DNA of 64,000 nucleotides from the human T2T-CHM13v2.0 reference genome, Homo sapiens. A model generated the notes under the pieces. It ran no database searches. It was not told the DNA's origin and was given only the letters and a program-made list of their open reading frames with translations. Location of the stretch: NCBI RefSeq assembly GCF_009914755.1, contig NC_060928.1. One strand, 5' to 3'. Below are positions 45,204 through 61,389 of the stretch, piece after piece; positions within the stretch are counted from its first letter, which is position 1; each line of letters starts with the position of its first letter. Position numbers and translations under genes: made by a program.

Positions 45204-47764
45204 CAATAAGACAACAGAAATAAAGCCAAATTCTCAGAAATCTAAATAAGTGTTATAAGATTAAACTTGCTTCTAATTGAATTTTGGAAATCTGTCTATG
45301 TCAACTTATAAGATACAAGTGTGGAAACCAAAAAAATGAAAAAATAAATTAAAAGAAATGAAACTAAATAAATGGAAAAGTATATATGCCAGGTAAATAC
45401 TAATCAAGGAAAAGTTGATAGCTAATTTAATATCACTAATCAAAAATTAATATCACAACAAAATATTTCCACACAAAAGTCATTGTTATAGAATACAAAA
45501 ACAAGACAAAAAGTTTATCCAATGGACATATATGAAACCTGGTACCCAATAATTAAAGTAAATACATGGTTTATCAAATACAGTATACATAAAACTTTTA
45601 TAAACACCAATCAATTATCAAGCCATAAACTAAGTCACAACAGCTGCCAAAAAATTTATATAATGTTCATAATGTCACATGATCAAAATGCAGGTAAATA
45701 AGGAAAGAATGATGAAAAGGTCATTAAACACAATTTAAGTTAAAAACTTCTAAATCACGTGTGGGTTAAAGAAAAATTAATAATAAACTTGACAAAATAC
45801 AACTGAACTTCAGTGAAAAAAATTATCCATCAAAATGTACAGGAATGCAGATTAAACAGTACTGGAAAATTTAGAGCCTTATATACATATTTTAGAAAGA
45901 AAAACATTCAAACAAATTCACTTATTCTCTTAAAAGAACAAAATACAAGGAAAAACACTGATCACAAGAAGCAATAAAGATGAAAAGAGTAATTAATAGA
46001 ATTTAAAAAATCAAGAATACGAGAAAGAACATTTTCAAACCTAGTGTTCTAGATGCTAATACGTTTGACAAACCACTGCAAGTGTTATCAAGAACAAAGG
46101 AGGAAAGGTAAAGTATTAGACACAATAAAAATATAACCATGATAAAAATTTTGAAAAAAAATAAAAAACACTAAAAATAATTTCTTAAGTTTGTTGAAAA
46201 TGTTGTTGAAATTCATATTTTAAGTGTTTCAAAATGAAATAGCAAGCCTGAACTGCATAATAATAATTTCAATAATCAATAGTTAAAAATTTGCCCACTG
46301 ATCAATAGCCAGGCCCAGATATTATTAAATAAGGGCCCCATTAAAGCTTTAAGGAGAGATAATTTCTATTTTGTACAAGTTGTTGCAGAATAGAAGGAGC
46401 ACATTTTGCAACTTAATGCTATATTACTACATAAATCTTAATACCAAAGACAGGTAAGGACATCATCAAAAAGAAAAATTTGAGGTTGATTTTATTTACA
46501 AACTAAAATTTTAAAATCTAATTTAAAATGGAAAAGTAATACATAATAACCAATCACAATTCAAGGATGGTTTAACATCTGAGTACAAAGATAGCTTAAA
46601 ATTAGAAAATCTTATTTTAATACATCATACAGATTTAAGACAAAAATTTATTGAACAAGGTATTTGTGCAATAAAATAAATTGATAAATTCAGTACGCTT
46701 TTATGAAGAATAAAGGCTTTAAGCATACCAGAAATCGATTAAAATTGTCCTAATCTCTTAATGATTATTTATTTTATAAGAAACAGCATACTACAGAGTA
46801 AATCATAAGAAGCATTTCCTTTTAATTCAGGAATAAGCTAGAGTGTTTGCTTCTGTAAATCAAAACAGAAATTAAATATACAAGAACTAGAAAAGAACAA
46901 AGCTGTCATCACTCACAAAGACAGTTAATCTATTATAGCAAATCCGAAAGAACACACATTATACATTAGCAAATGTGAGACTTCTGCAAGGTTGCTGAAT
47001 ATAAGATCAATATATGAAAATAAAGATAATATGTAACATATTTAATAACTGTGCTTTGATCTAAGTCTAAAACAATCTGTAAGACTTTACTGAGAAAATT
47101 TTTAAATCATTGAAGAACAGAAATGTCTTAAATAAAAGAAGATAACAGACCATGTTCACTAATAAAAAATTTCAATGCTTAAAGGTAGATATTTTCCCTA
47201 TAATTGTATAAACTAAATGCAACACTTACTGAATTCCCAAAAGGATTCCAAGGATTCCAAGGATAATATAGTCAACATAAAGTAATACGGTAACATAAAG
47301 ATCTACAAAAAGCTAAGTCAGCTTTGACCAAGAAACAGAAGGAAAAAGTACAATTGAATATTATGATACTGCCATAGTGCTAGGCAAATTGAAGAATGTA
47401 ATTAAATATAGAGCCTAGAAATAGATCCCTGTAGTTATAAGAACTACACTTAGGAATTAGGTAACATTATAAATCAGATGGGAAAAAAGTGTTGGACAAC
47501 TGACAAACTATATGGTTAAAATGGAAAAATAAATTCCTATTCAAATTATGCACACATACACAAACACATACACAAAATTAGATGAACTAAAGATCTGATG
47601 TGAAAAATAAAACTTTATAACTTTTAGAACAAAAAGAGAATAATTTTGTCATTAGAATAGAATAGTATTTTTAAGCGACAAATAATACAAACAATTTTTT
47701 TAAGACTGATAAATTTGATCACATGCAAGTTTAAAAATTCTGGGTTAGAAAATGCCATAAAACT

Positions 47765-47970
47765 AGACTGAGCAATATGGTGAGACCCTGCCACTACAAA
47801 AAAATTTTAAAATTAGCCAGGCATGATGGTGTGTGCCAGTAGTCCCACATACTCTGGAGGCTACGGCAGGAGGATGACTTGAGTTCAGTAGGTCACAACT
47901 GCAGTGTTTACACCACTGCACTCCAGCCTGAGTGACAGAGCAAAACCCTGTCTCCAAAAAAAAAAAAAGA
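47765..47970 (+). mobile_element. 5'-truncated AluJ
   Basis: gcaatatggtgagaccctg...gaggatgacttgag...A tail. Confidence 0.88.
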
Positions 47971-48393
<423 letters not shown>

Positions 48394-48925
48394 TCAACAA
48401 GCAAAACACCTACATTCAATGGAAAAATAACCAAATAATATAAACAAGCCATGCACGAAATTGGAAATACCAAATGGCCAAAAGTTATATAACAAAATAG
48501 GCAGGCTCACTAATAATTAGATAAAAGCACATGAAAATAACAATGAGACTCTACTGCATACCCAGAAGACTGAGAAAATTTGATAACAAGTACTGTTGAA
48601 AGATACAGGAAAACAAACTCTGCAACAATGCAGGACAAAGTAAAAACTTATACAATCAATTTTTGGAGACCAACTTGACAATATTTAGTAAAGTTGAAAT
48701 GTCCATCCTATAGAATCTGGTAATTTCATTTTAGAATAAACACCCTAAAGAACTCCATATGTATGTACGAAAAATATATTCATAGTTATAGTTCTTGACA
48801 GCACTACCTATAATAGCAAAACAGCATAATGAAATTGAATGTCCACGTATATTTAGGAGGCTTTTTGTATAATGGAAAACCATACACACAGTCAAAAAGA
48901 AGCAAACTGAATATGTTTAGAGCAA

Positions 48926-49274
48926 TTTTATTTTATTTTATTTTATTTTATTTTATGCTATGTTTTTATTTTATTTTATTTTATTATTTTATTTTATTAT
49001 TTTATTGAGACAGAGTCTTGCTCTGTTGCCCAGGCTGGAGTGCAGTGGTGCAATCATGGCCCACCGCAGCCTCTAACTGCTGGGCTTAAGTGATCCTCCC
49101 AAGTAGCTAGGACTACAATTGCATGCAATCAAACCCAGCTAATCTTTATTTTTATATTGTAGAGATGGGGTCTTGCTGTGTTGCCCAGACTGGTCTCAAA
49201 CCCCTGACCTCAAGTGATCCTTCCACTTTGGTCTCCCAAAGTGCTGGGATTACAGGCATGAGCCATCACACCCC
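48926..49274 (-). mobile_element. AluJ with (TTTTA)n tail
   Basis: atcatggcccaccgcagcctc...gggcttaagtgatcctccc; tagagatggggtcttgctgtgttgccc. Confidence 0.93.
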
Positions 49275-49427
49275 TCTAAGAATGAACATTTTAAGAATCA
49301 AATTATTAGAGATCACGCATGCAGTATGATAACATTTATATACATTTAAACACAAAAAATGATACATAGCCCAAATGATATAGAGTATATGCAACTAGAT
49401 GTAGATATATAAATATATGCAAAAAGC

Positions 49428-50037
49428 AGCCCTTGACATGTGTGAGCAAAGCTAACACTAACAACTAGGGTCTGGCCTGGAACTCACCTTTATGAGACTG
49501 ATGACATAGGCTTAATATTCTTCTACTTAACATAAGTAATTTTACATCAACATCAGACAAAGCCACCTTGTGATCATTATAGGCCAAAATAAAAACAAGT
49601 CTGAATTCATATTAAACGAAGGCAAACCAGGAATATTATCCAAACCACAAGTATGACCAAATCTCCTCTATTTATGCTTTCTTCTCTCTACTGAATGTCA
49701 TTTCCTCTTCCCAGCTAATAGGAGTGATTGTTGCTTCTCTACCGGTTACAGCTTTAGTTTTATCCTATTCTTCCCTTCTTTTAGGTAAGATTTGATAAGA
49801 CATTCAATAATAGAATTACTTCTGCTTCCTAACAGTAAACATTTTGGAGCAAAGTCCCACTTCCTTGAGTCCTCCCAGACTTACCTAATGCAAGTCCAAA
49901 TCTGTAATAAATCCTTTCTAACACCCTCTTACTGAGGTGCTCCACGCTTTCTTATGATGTGCATTCTCCATCATCGAAATGTACCGAACTTATTCAAATA
50001 CAGATTTCCTGATGATCTTTGTTAGGAGGCATTAACC
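49428..50037 (+). mobile_element. ERVL solo LTR (MER73/MER74/MER54-like)
   Basis: catcagacaaagccacc; aataaatcctttctaacaccctcttactgag; 3' end tctttgttaggaggcattaac. Confidence 0.65.
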
Positions 50038-50990
50038 AGAATAAGTAATTAAAACAGAAACATACAGAAAAAAGTCATTCTAATTTCAGGACAGTAGTTA
50101 TTCCTTGAGAAGCTGTAAGAGAGAAAAGAAGGTGGTGAGAATTTGAACTGCCTCTTAAAAACTGCATTGCTCTTTTAAGACATGTAAAGTATTGAACCAA
50201 ATTTATACTTGGAATAGCAGAATCAGAGACTAGTCTGAAGCTTCAACTCATAATTTCAAAGCTCATTTAGATAATTATAGTACTAAATAAAGAATAAAAT
50301 GAAAAGGCAAGGCTATGATTCATAATATTGCAAGCTGTGATGCTGCAGGATTGCCAGGAACAGAGATCAACAAGCAGTACAGCAAACTTCAATGTGGCTT
50401 TTGCCCGTTGTTATCTTGCATGTTGTATGTGTGTTGACACAGACTCAATAAAAATCAGAGGGCTTGTTTGGGAAGCAGTCTAGTACTTTAAAACTACTAT
50501 CAAGCATGTAACTTTGCCACCTTTTGGTAACTAAAGCGAACTACAATTTACATTCTCAAGAACAAAATTAACCAAATGGCATCTTGCTCATATGAATCCT
50601 ACCTAATTGAGAGATAATATCACAGTCATTTATTATTTACATAATTAAAATCCTTAAATAGGGACTCAAGATACCCTCTTATTTCATTCGAACTTACTTC
50701 ATTAACCTTAAAAAATACATCTAGAAAAACAATCTGCTACTTATTGTTCCCTATCCCTTCCCTACTTTTTCTCACTTCTTGGTCATTATTTGTGCTTTCT
50801 TCTCTCTCAAATGTCCAATACTGTCTATCCTTCAACTTGTAATTCATGTGTCAACTATTTCATGAATTCGTAAGCAGCCCCAACTGGAGTAATGGTCACT
50901 ACTGTGAAATCCTGTTGCACTCTATTTTTACTTCTTATACTTATTGTTCATTCTTTCATTCCTTTATTCAATAAATATTTTCATCCACTT

Positions 50991-52080
50991 TGTAAGAGAG
51001 AGTGAAGGACTAAATTTTCCACTACGGCTCTTTCATTTGCTTGATCCCTACAGCTGTCTCTTCCTCCCATCCCCTCTGGCACATGACCTTCACCCAATTG
51101 CCCCTTCTCACCCTGTTGACATAATCCAAATTCCTCAAACAATGGCAGTGAATATACAAGAATCATCTTTGAGCAACTATTCCCAAAACTAGGTGAACTT
51201 CAACTACTTCCTCTTGCTAAACTCAATAAAAGCTCCGTCTTCCAGATTTTTACCTATATTGTTCTGACTGATTTTCTTCCAGGGTTTCAATGTCAAGACT
51301 CAGATCAGGACTGTGTTTTTGGGTGCTTGGCATTTCATCATGCCAGACACTCTGTTGATGTCTCCTCTCTTTGGAGTCCCAGTGACTAGACAGTTGGGCT
51401 GGTCCTGCTCCTGACCACTGTTCTGCTCCCTTTGCTTGAAAGCACTATCTAAGCTTTTATTCTTCCATCTTAATTGTCCTTGGTGTAAGCTTTTTCATTT
51501 GCACTGTTTCGCTACTTAATGGGTCTCCCCCATGGATAAGACAGGCATTGGAGACAGTGATGGTAAACCTACGAGCCTGATGCTCAGGTTCTCTTATTTT
51601 GAATCAATGTACTTGTGGGCTGCTATCCAGCTTCTTAAACTGTGGCAGGCTTTTATTAAGAACAACTTTGAACTTTATTGATAATACTAGAAAAACTTGG
51701 AATATGAAGAAAATAATCCTTTGTGATATGCCGTAGGAAAGGAGAAGTTTCAAAATTTCAACTATTCAATGATCAGCGTTTTTTATTTTTTGAAGTAGCC
51801 TCTACAACTTAAGAAATTTCTAAAACTGATTCCCTTAAGAACTCCTTAGAAAAGGTAATAAAAGCATGGAGTACCTAAAATCCTAAGTTAAACACTTCTC
51901 CCTTTCTCCTGACCTTACTCTGATCAGCCTCCCTCCTGGCCTCCCTTAAGCTGACTGCCTTTTTCCTCTTGTTCTATTCTTCCTCCTGATCCTCCAGCAC
52001 CTTCATGGGGTCCTCCTTTCTTTCCTCGGCCAGTTTTTCTTAAACTACCCCCTGAATAGATAATATTCCTTCTTAATGTC
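50991..52080 (+). mobile_element. ancient ERV1-like LTR (about 50991-51280) followed by leader/gag-like internal remnant
   Basis: tgtaaga start, caataaaagc near the LTR end, GC-richer leader, then a pyrimidine-rich stretch typical of proline-rich gag; degenerate. Confidence 0.45.
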
Positions 52081-53279
52081 TTATAAGACAGGTGGGGATG
52101 ATAACTAACCTCATTCGTTTTATATCTTCAAATCTTTGTTCAGATCAGATTTGCATAATCTAGTTACGTTTCCTAACCTTCCTAAGTAAAAACAGAAGTT
52201 CACTGAAGAATATAAGTTTATTCTAGGAATGTGTAGTCTAAGATAACCTGATATCTATCAACTCATCTCTTTGTAGGACATGAAGGTGCTAAAACTCGGT
52301 AAGAAAAAGCGATATAAATTAATTAACAAAATGATATAAAATATAATGATCAACATTTGAGAGAGCTGCACACCTCACATTCTATCTCTGAGATCATTCC
52401 TGTTGAAATGGATTGGTCAAAAATCCAATCCTTAAAAAAGACAGAGATTAAAAATAAATTAATCTCTTATTTCAGAGACCCCTTAACTCCTACTTCTGAG
52501 AATACTGTTGTCTCAGTGTGGCTGATAATTTCACAAGTGCTTTATCCACCTTCTTTGTTGATCTTAAAACTGAGATGGCAGATATAATTGGAAAACAGAA
52601 GATAAGATAGCAGACCATCCTCATGTTAGAATTACATTTTTTTTTAGTTCTTTGAAGATACTTTTGCTCAGAAAAAAAAGGAAAAGTGATAGACCAAATT
52701 AAGTGTTCTCAGCAACTACTAAGTCCAAGTGGGAAATCATCTATATCTAATCTATAGGAAGATACTTCTGTATATAGCGAAAAAGCGAGGAAGGGGTGCT
52801 AAAGAACAATTGCTCTGCCTTAGCTCGAAAGACAGAGTCACAAAATATAAAAGACTAACTCTGTCTGATAGAGTGACTCCCCTCTGAGGAAATAGCTGCT
52901 CCATTCTGCCCACAATTGCTTTTCATGAAAAGAAAGAGATTTTTATGCATGCAAAAAGAGTGTGTTCCATGGTTAATAATGTCTTCCAGTTAATAATGAG
53001 ACTACATTTTCTACCCTTCTACCTTTCATCATTCCTAATCCAGAGTAACCTGCACAAACAACAAGAATACAAGGATTTTAATGTTAGTAGTATATATTTT
53101 TAATAGTAAAACCACAGAAACCCCTCAAAAATCTGTCAAAAGGGGAGTGGCTAAATCATTTTGGCTAATTAATTTCAAACACACTCTAGTATCATTTAGG
53201 AGGAAAACTCATACACAAAATATTATACAAAGAATACATGACCCCATTTTCTTATATAAGGGTCTTCGAAGTTCAAAAA

Positions 53280-53385
53280 GAGATTAAGTATCACATCATG
53301 CATCTACTAAGTGGCAGGTCCAAGTTTTAAACCCATTCTCTGTTTCTAAAAGTCAAAACACTATTACTGTAACACACTGCTTCCC
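53280..53385 (-). mobile_element. MIR fragment
   Basis: actaagtggcagg...aaaccca...acacactgcttcc. Confidence 0.5.
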
Positions 53386-55019
53386 AAATCAGTATACAGC
53401 ATTGATAAGACATGTTACAACTGGTGTCTTACCATCCCTTTTTTTACTGTGTTACTTTGTGTTTCAGGGGACCCAGAATGCGATAGAGTGAGAAACCATG
53501 AATCAGTGAACTTTAAAGCAAACTCAAATACTTAAAGGCAAAACAAAATCTTCTTTGATCTTTAGAATGAAATCATCTTGTGATTCAGTATGCCAGTGAA
53601 TGACTTGAGATGCCACCAGTGTAGCCAACTTGCTTTTAAATATGTGATCCATTTTGCTCTGTTTGGTAAGCTTCTATAAGGGCTGGAATAAACTAAATGA
53701 CTCCATTTGGTTGCTATAAAGAATACGTGATTCAAAATCCTATTTATATTTTTCTCAGAATAAATTTAGGTTAATTTCAATTAAAGTAATACTGATATAA
53801 ACAATGCATCCTATCTTTTCAAAAAAAATGGTGAATAAGTTAACTTTTCTTATTGCCAATTGGAAAAAACTAAGAACTTGGAAGGTAACTAACATTTCAA
53901 AAGTGTTACATGTTCTTTGCAGAAAATTTTGAAAACACAGATGAGGAAAAATAATATCTACAGGTATGTATATCACCAAGAGATATATAGTTACTAATAA
54001 ATTTAAACAGATGACATGTTATGAACAAGTTAAAATTCCAAATCAACCTATTAATATAGTAACAGTAGGATATTGGTAAAGTCTCAACTGTAGAAGATAC
54101 AATTAATCAATGTCACAAGTACTTAATAACATAGAAATTGTTGAAAATGGAATATTTATTTGGTTTGCAATATTTTCCAAATTCTGTATTAAGTATACTG
54201 TATATGATGTATGGGTATAATAGTGCATTTTTTGTAATTACCTCAAGTTAAAATATTTCCTAACAGCTTTTTTAGTAACTCTTCATAATCATACCTTGGC
54301 ATAAACCCTGAAATATTTGATCTACTTTGTTTTTTATTTTATTATGTTTTCTATTACATTGGCTTTTATTAATCCTGAATCTCTCCATCTGTGGCCTTTT
54401 CCTATGACCTTTACTAAGCAAAGTTGCTGTTAACATCTGGTTGTTAAAATATAATTTGTAGTAGCTTTGTAAATAAAAAAGCGTGAACCACATATTATTA
54501 CTTTTGCAAAGGATTTATAAATATGAGTCAGTAAACTCACTAGTTTCCATCCTGGAAGAGTGGCAGGAAATTAGACTTTTATCTTTTGGGGAAGCTTTAC
54601 ATTTCAGGATGATGAAGTCTCAGGGGGTTTTGGGGGACTCAAGGTAGATGGTAAGATCCCACATCGGTCTGCTTTGGTGACCACAGACACTTAGCCCAAT
54701 CCATATAGTTCCTCAGGCCACAAAGTTCTGGGGTCTCTATGACAAACTTTTTAGGGTCACAGGTACCTAGCATCCTGCCTCCCTAAATGCACCAGAAAAT
54801 TATCCTCAGATCATTCAACCTGCTCGGGGAGGTGCCTGGGATTCTGATGTGAGTTCAGCTATTCCTGAGATCCAGACATGTCTGCCCCCTTTGAAGCCTT
54901 AAGCCTTGATCTGACTCTTCAAAAGCCTTATTACTTCAAATTCTGTCTTCACTCTACCCCAGTTATGGACCCAACACTATTTCTTTAAAGAGTTTAAGAA
55001 AATTCAAAAAGCCTTTAAC

Positions 55020-55085
55020 TCCAAAAGGCTTCTGTTTCTGTTTTCTGCTTCTGTTTCTGTCTTCTGCTTCTGTTTTCTGCCTTGC
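55020..55085. repeat. degenerate (TTCTG)n simple repeat
   Basis: ttctgtttctgttttctgcttctgtttctgtcttctgcttctgttttctg. Confidence 0.8.
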
Positions 55086-55429
55086 AAAAATCTCCCCATT
55101 AGATAGGCACCACAGGCCCTGTCTATCTTCTTGGGGTGGGGGCAGGAGACAGGGTAGAATCTGGGGAGAAATACATAAAATAATATCTTAGTAAAGCAAC
55201 TTGCCATCACATTTGTTATTCAAGGCCATATTCTGTGTTAGTCAATGAAAAGACATTGATGTTTGACAGGACTTTTGGTTCATTTGTTTGTTTCAAATCA
55301 CCCAGAAATCCTCTTCTTTGAGGTGGCATCTTTCATTTGAATAGTGTATCAGGGAAAATTATTATATTCACTGAAAATGTTTAATTCAAGATGATTAACT
55401 CAAGCACTTAAAGATCTCGTTTGCCTCAT

Positions 55430-55930
55430 GAATCAGTCAGGGCCCAACATAGAAAACAAAAAGCATTCTAAGCATTTAAATCAAAAAAGTTAATACAGGG
55501 AATAAGATGAATAGGGGACAGAAGAGCCAAGAAGCCACATAGAAGACAGGGAGACATCCTCGGGATTAGGAAATGTAGGAAGCTGGTGTCCAGCCTGGGC
55601 TGGAGGGAGGAGGTGATGCTTGTGGTGTCCAGGGTCAGTGCAAGTGGCTGAAACCAGGATGGGCTTACATTGGAAGCTAGAGCCTCAGAGGAGCTGCATT
55701 TGAGAGGTGCCACTGAAGTCAGAGAACAAGGATAATAAATACCCTGGCTTCTCCTTACTTCCCACTCTCCAATCTCACTCCAGTGCCTCCCATTGATGGA
55801 ATAATCCAGCTGAAAGGAAGCCAGCTGACAGGAAAGCCTGTGAAATGCGGTCTGCAGAGGTCAGGTCTCTTGTATATTGAGAAGGGGAGAGGTGAGGAAT
55901 GGACCTTCCTTCATGCAGTCCAGAGACCAG
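55430..55930 (-). mobile_element. LTR78-like ancient LTR
   Basis: ttctaagcatttaaa...ttaatacagggaat; ccctggcttctcc...ccagtgcctcccattg...gaagccagctgaca. Confidence 0.65.
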
Positions 55931-56549
55931 CATATTTAAGAATTCTCAATACAACATAGGACAGGATTCTACTCATTTATTGCACAATGTTTCTACTACC
56001 CCTGGATTCCTTTAGTGAGTTTATTTCTTGCTTAAACTGTAAAAACGTTAGAGACCCATTCTTTGGAATATAAGATATTTAAGATTAGGGAGGCATGCAC
56101 TTGAGAACTTAAGAAAGAAGAGTTTAGTACTAGACTCTACACTCCTTTTTATTCTAAAATCTCTCCCAGAAATTTTAAAATGTGTCTAGAAATGCATTGT
56201 TAATTGGGTCAATTGAGCTACTTTGGTTAAAGAATAAAATCAGCCTAGATTTCAGAACTGAAGAATCAGGTCCTCTGTACAAGCTAGTGATTCTAAAAAT
56301 TGACTTTACTTAAATTAGAATCCCTCTTCTCTTGGCAACATTAATGATACCTGTTATATTTTACTAAAGTTGGCAAGTAAGACAACACTAAGCCTCTCTT
56401 CTCAATTTCAAATTGTAAATAATGAGAGACAGGCAAGATAACAATACCTTAAATCAGAATTATACCATGGTAGTTTGGTATTATAAGCTAATTTTGATAA
56501 ATAAAAGCTATCACTCTGAGAGAAACCTTCTAGCTGCCTTAATCATTTA

Positions 56550-57140
56550 CCCCTTAAACCAGTGCAACTGATTTCTCCATACCAATCCTGTCTTCTTTCA
56601 TCTATCACATAAATTTTAAAATGATCTATGTAAAATGTAAATTTGATTATGTCATTCCTCTGCCTATATCACTTCAGTGGTTCATCACTGAATGGATAAA
56701 ACTCAAACATTTCCATATATAATTACAAGTTCCCCAAGACCTGACACCCAACTACCTCTGACCTACTTCTGTTTTTGACCTTGAACCTCTGTGAATTCCA
56801 AGCTGCTTCTTACTTACTATATTCACTGGGTCTCAGAGGGTTTGTTTATGGTACATCTTTTATGGAAACATTTGTCTGATTTCCCTCTTCTGGTTGATAC
56901 CCATGTAGATTCAGCTCCAGTAAGGGATTCTAATGCCCAAGAATGACCTTGCAAACACAGGCCCTCGGGGAATACGTTCTCCATTGTAATGCTTGCACTG
57001 TGATGTGACTGTCTGTTTCCATTTCTACCTCTCAAACATTCTGAGAACCCCTTGGGAGCAGGATTCACACCTTATTCTTCCTTGGTAAAACTACCAACAA
57101 TGGCCCTCAAAAAATATGTGCTAAATGAAAGACTAAATAC
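56550..57140 (+). mobile_element. L2 LINE 3' part
   Basis: aatttgattatgtcattcctctgcc...cagtggttc; ends ctcaaaaaatatgtgctaaatgaa. Confidence 0.75.
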
Positions 57141-57299
57141 TACCAAAATATTCCAAACTGACTTCTATTCTCTCCCTTCTGACATTAATTATACAAATAG
57201 CCATCAAAGTTATGCTTCAAAATAAATAAATAAGATCATGTCATTTCTCTCTAGTAACATTGCTGATGCTGTCCATGAACCTATAGGTCACAAGGATTC

Positions 57300-57425
57300 G
57301 ATTACTCATTCTTCAACACTATTTGTTCAACACCTAAGAGTTTGCCAGGTACCGTTCTCAGTACTAGAGTCTAAATAATGAATAAACAGACAAGTTTCCA
57401 TGCTCATGGAACTGACTTTCTATGC
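57300..57425 (-). mobile_element. L2 3' end
   Basis: cattcttcaacactatttg...tgccaggtaccgttct...catgctcatggaactgac. Confidence 0.7.
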
Positions 57426-57863
57426 TGTTTCACACCTTTCCTTCCTTACATACTGTATTGCTTCTTTTGTTAAGCAAAACCTTAGTCAGTTTTCAGTCCA
57501 TGTTTAGATGCCACATATTCTTCCACACCCACAGATGAATTATTTGCTTCTTCCTCTCCCCTCTATTGCACAGAATTCATGTTTCTACTAAACAACTTAA
57601 AACTGTATTATGTAATTTTGTATTTATTTGCTTTTCCTGTAGTATTCTCCTAGTCCCATTAAGGCAGAGATAAAGAACTTGCATAAAGACAATATAAAAT
57701 AGTTCTACAATTAAATAGTACAAAACAATTTTTTAAATGAAAAAAGCCTTTGAAGAGGCACTTCACAAAGAAAGATATATAAATAGACAATAAATACATG
57801 ATAAGTGCTAAGCATCATTAGTAAGTAGGGAAATACAAATAAAACCATTTAAAAATAAGACAG

Positions 57864-59866
<2,003 letters not shown>

Positions 59867-60020
59867 AAAATGAGATAGGATTATAACATTAGAGTAGCTA
59901 CCATTAAAAAGAATTAAACACCAAAGGTTAGCTAGGATACAGAATTATCAGAACTCTCATATATTTTTTGGTGGGAGTGTAAATTTATAACTATTTTAGA
60001 AAAAGCTTTATAATTTTCTT

Positions 60021-60332
60021 TTTTTCTTTTTCTTTTTTTTTTTTTCCTTTTTTTTTTTTTTGGACAAAGTCTCACTCTGTCTCCCAGGCTGGAGTGCAGT
60101 GGTGTAATGCAACCTCCGCCTCCTCAGTTCAAGCAATTCTCCTATCTCAGCCTCCCAAGTAGCTGGGATTACAGGCACCAGCCACCACGCCCAGCTAATT
60201 TTTGTATTTTTTAGTAGAGATGAGCTTTCACCATGTTGGCCAGGCTAGTCTTGAACCCCTGACCTAAAGTGATCCACCCACCTCAGCCTCTGAAAGTGCT
60301 GAGATTACAGGTGTGAGCCACCATGCCCAGCC
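60021..60332 (-). mobile_element. AluS SINE
   Basis: 12-bp TSD tataattttctt at 60009-60020 and 60333-60344. Confidence 0.96.
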
Positions 60333-60662
60333 TATAATTTTCTTAAAAAGTTAAATTAAAGGGTAAAATATTCCTCAACCCAATAACTCCACTTTTAGAT
60401 TTTTATCCAATAGAAATGAAAATAAATGGCAACAAAAAGATGTGGACAAGAATGTGTGTAGCACCTTTTTTTGTAGTAGTCTAAAACTAGAAACAATCCA
60501 AAAGTCCATCAGCAAAAGGATGGATAAAAATTTGAAGTATTCTCATACAAGATGCTACTCTGGAATAAAAAAGAACAAATTACTGATATGGGGAACAACC
60601 TGGATGCCTTTCATAACCATTATGCTGAATGAAAAAAGCTGAACAAAAAGAATACATGGTTA

Positions 60663-61298
60663 TGATATGGGAGCTAAAAAGAAATTATTTAGGTAGCTAG
60701 TGATGGTAAGAGATTCATTGGTAAGGTTTCCCTTTTAATAAAAAGCAGCCTCCAAATCATTTATTTCCTAAAAAAGAGCAGCCTGAAAAATTAAGCTGCA
60801 GACATAAATAAGCAAGTTAGAAGCTTGCATGGATGAATGTCAGCAGCTGTGCCAATAGGAAAAGGCTACCTGGGGGCCAGACATGTTCAACATGCAGGCT
60901 CCATCTTTCCTTTCTTTGTCACCATATGTACAGTAAGGAATAGGCAACATGGCATCGGACAGGTAGAGAACCATCTGCAAAATAAAAGATTTGGGTGGGG
61001 TGGCCAGATTCTTCCTCGCTATATAAATGGCGCACCTGGTCCGACCAATCTTGTTTGCCCTATGTAAATCAGACACCGCCTCCTCAAGCTCATCTATAAA
61101 ACCCCGTGCATTTCGAGAAGGAACCAGCAACCCATTTTTCTCCGGGACCCCTCTCTCTGCAGCAGAGAGAGCTCTTCTCTTTCTTTCACCTATTAAACTT
61201 CTGCTCTTAACGTCACGCTGGTGTGTCTGCGCCCTAGTTTTCCGTGGCAATGGGAAAACGAAACTCAGCTATTACCCCAGATGAACGACACAGCTTCC
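60663..61298 (+). mobile_element. LTR9-like (HUERS-P3) ERV1 solo LTR
   Basis: tgatatgggagctaaaaagaaattatttagg...gtgccaataggaaaaggctacctggg; ctataaaa and attaaa; 4-bp TSD gtta. Confidence 0.88.
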
Positions 61299-61389
61299 GT
61301 TATGATTCCATTTTTATAAAGCTCTAGAATAACAGCTAATCTATGATAAATAAATATAGAAATAAAGATATCTAAATATGTACATATGT

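Noticed and set aside
47240-47265. aaggattcc tandem repeat
   Set aside because: Simple slippage duplication within an old L1
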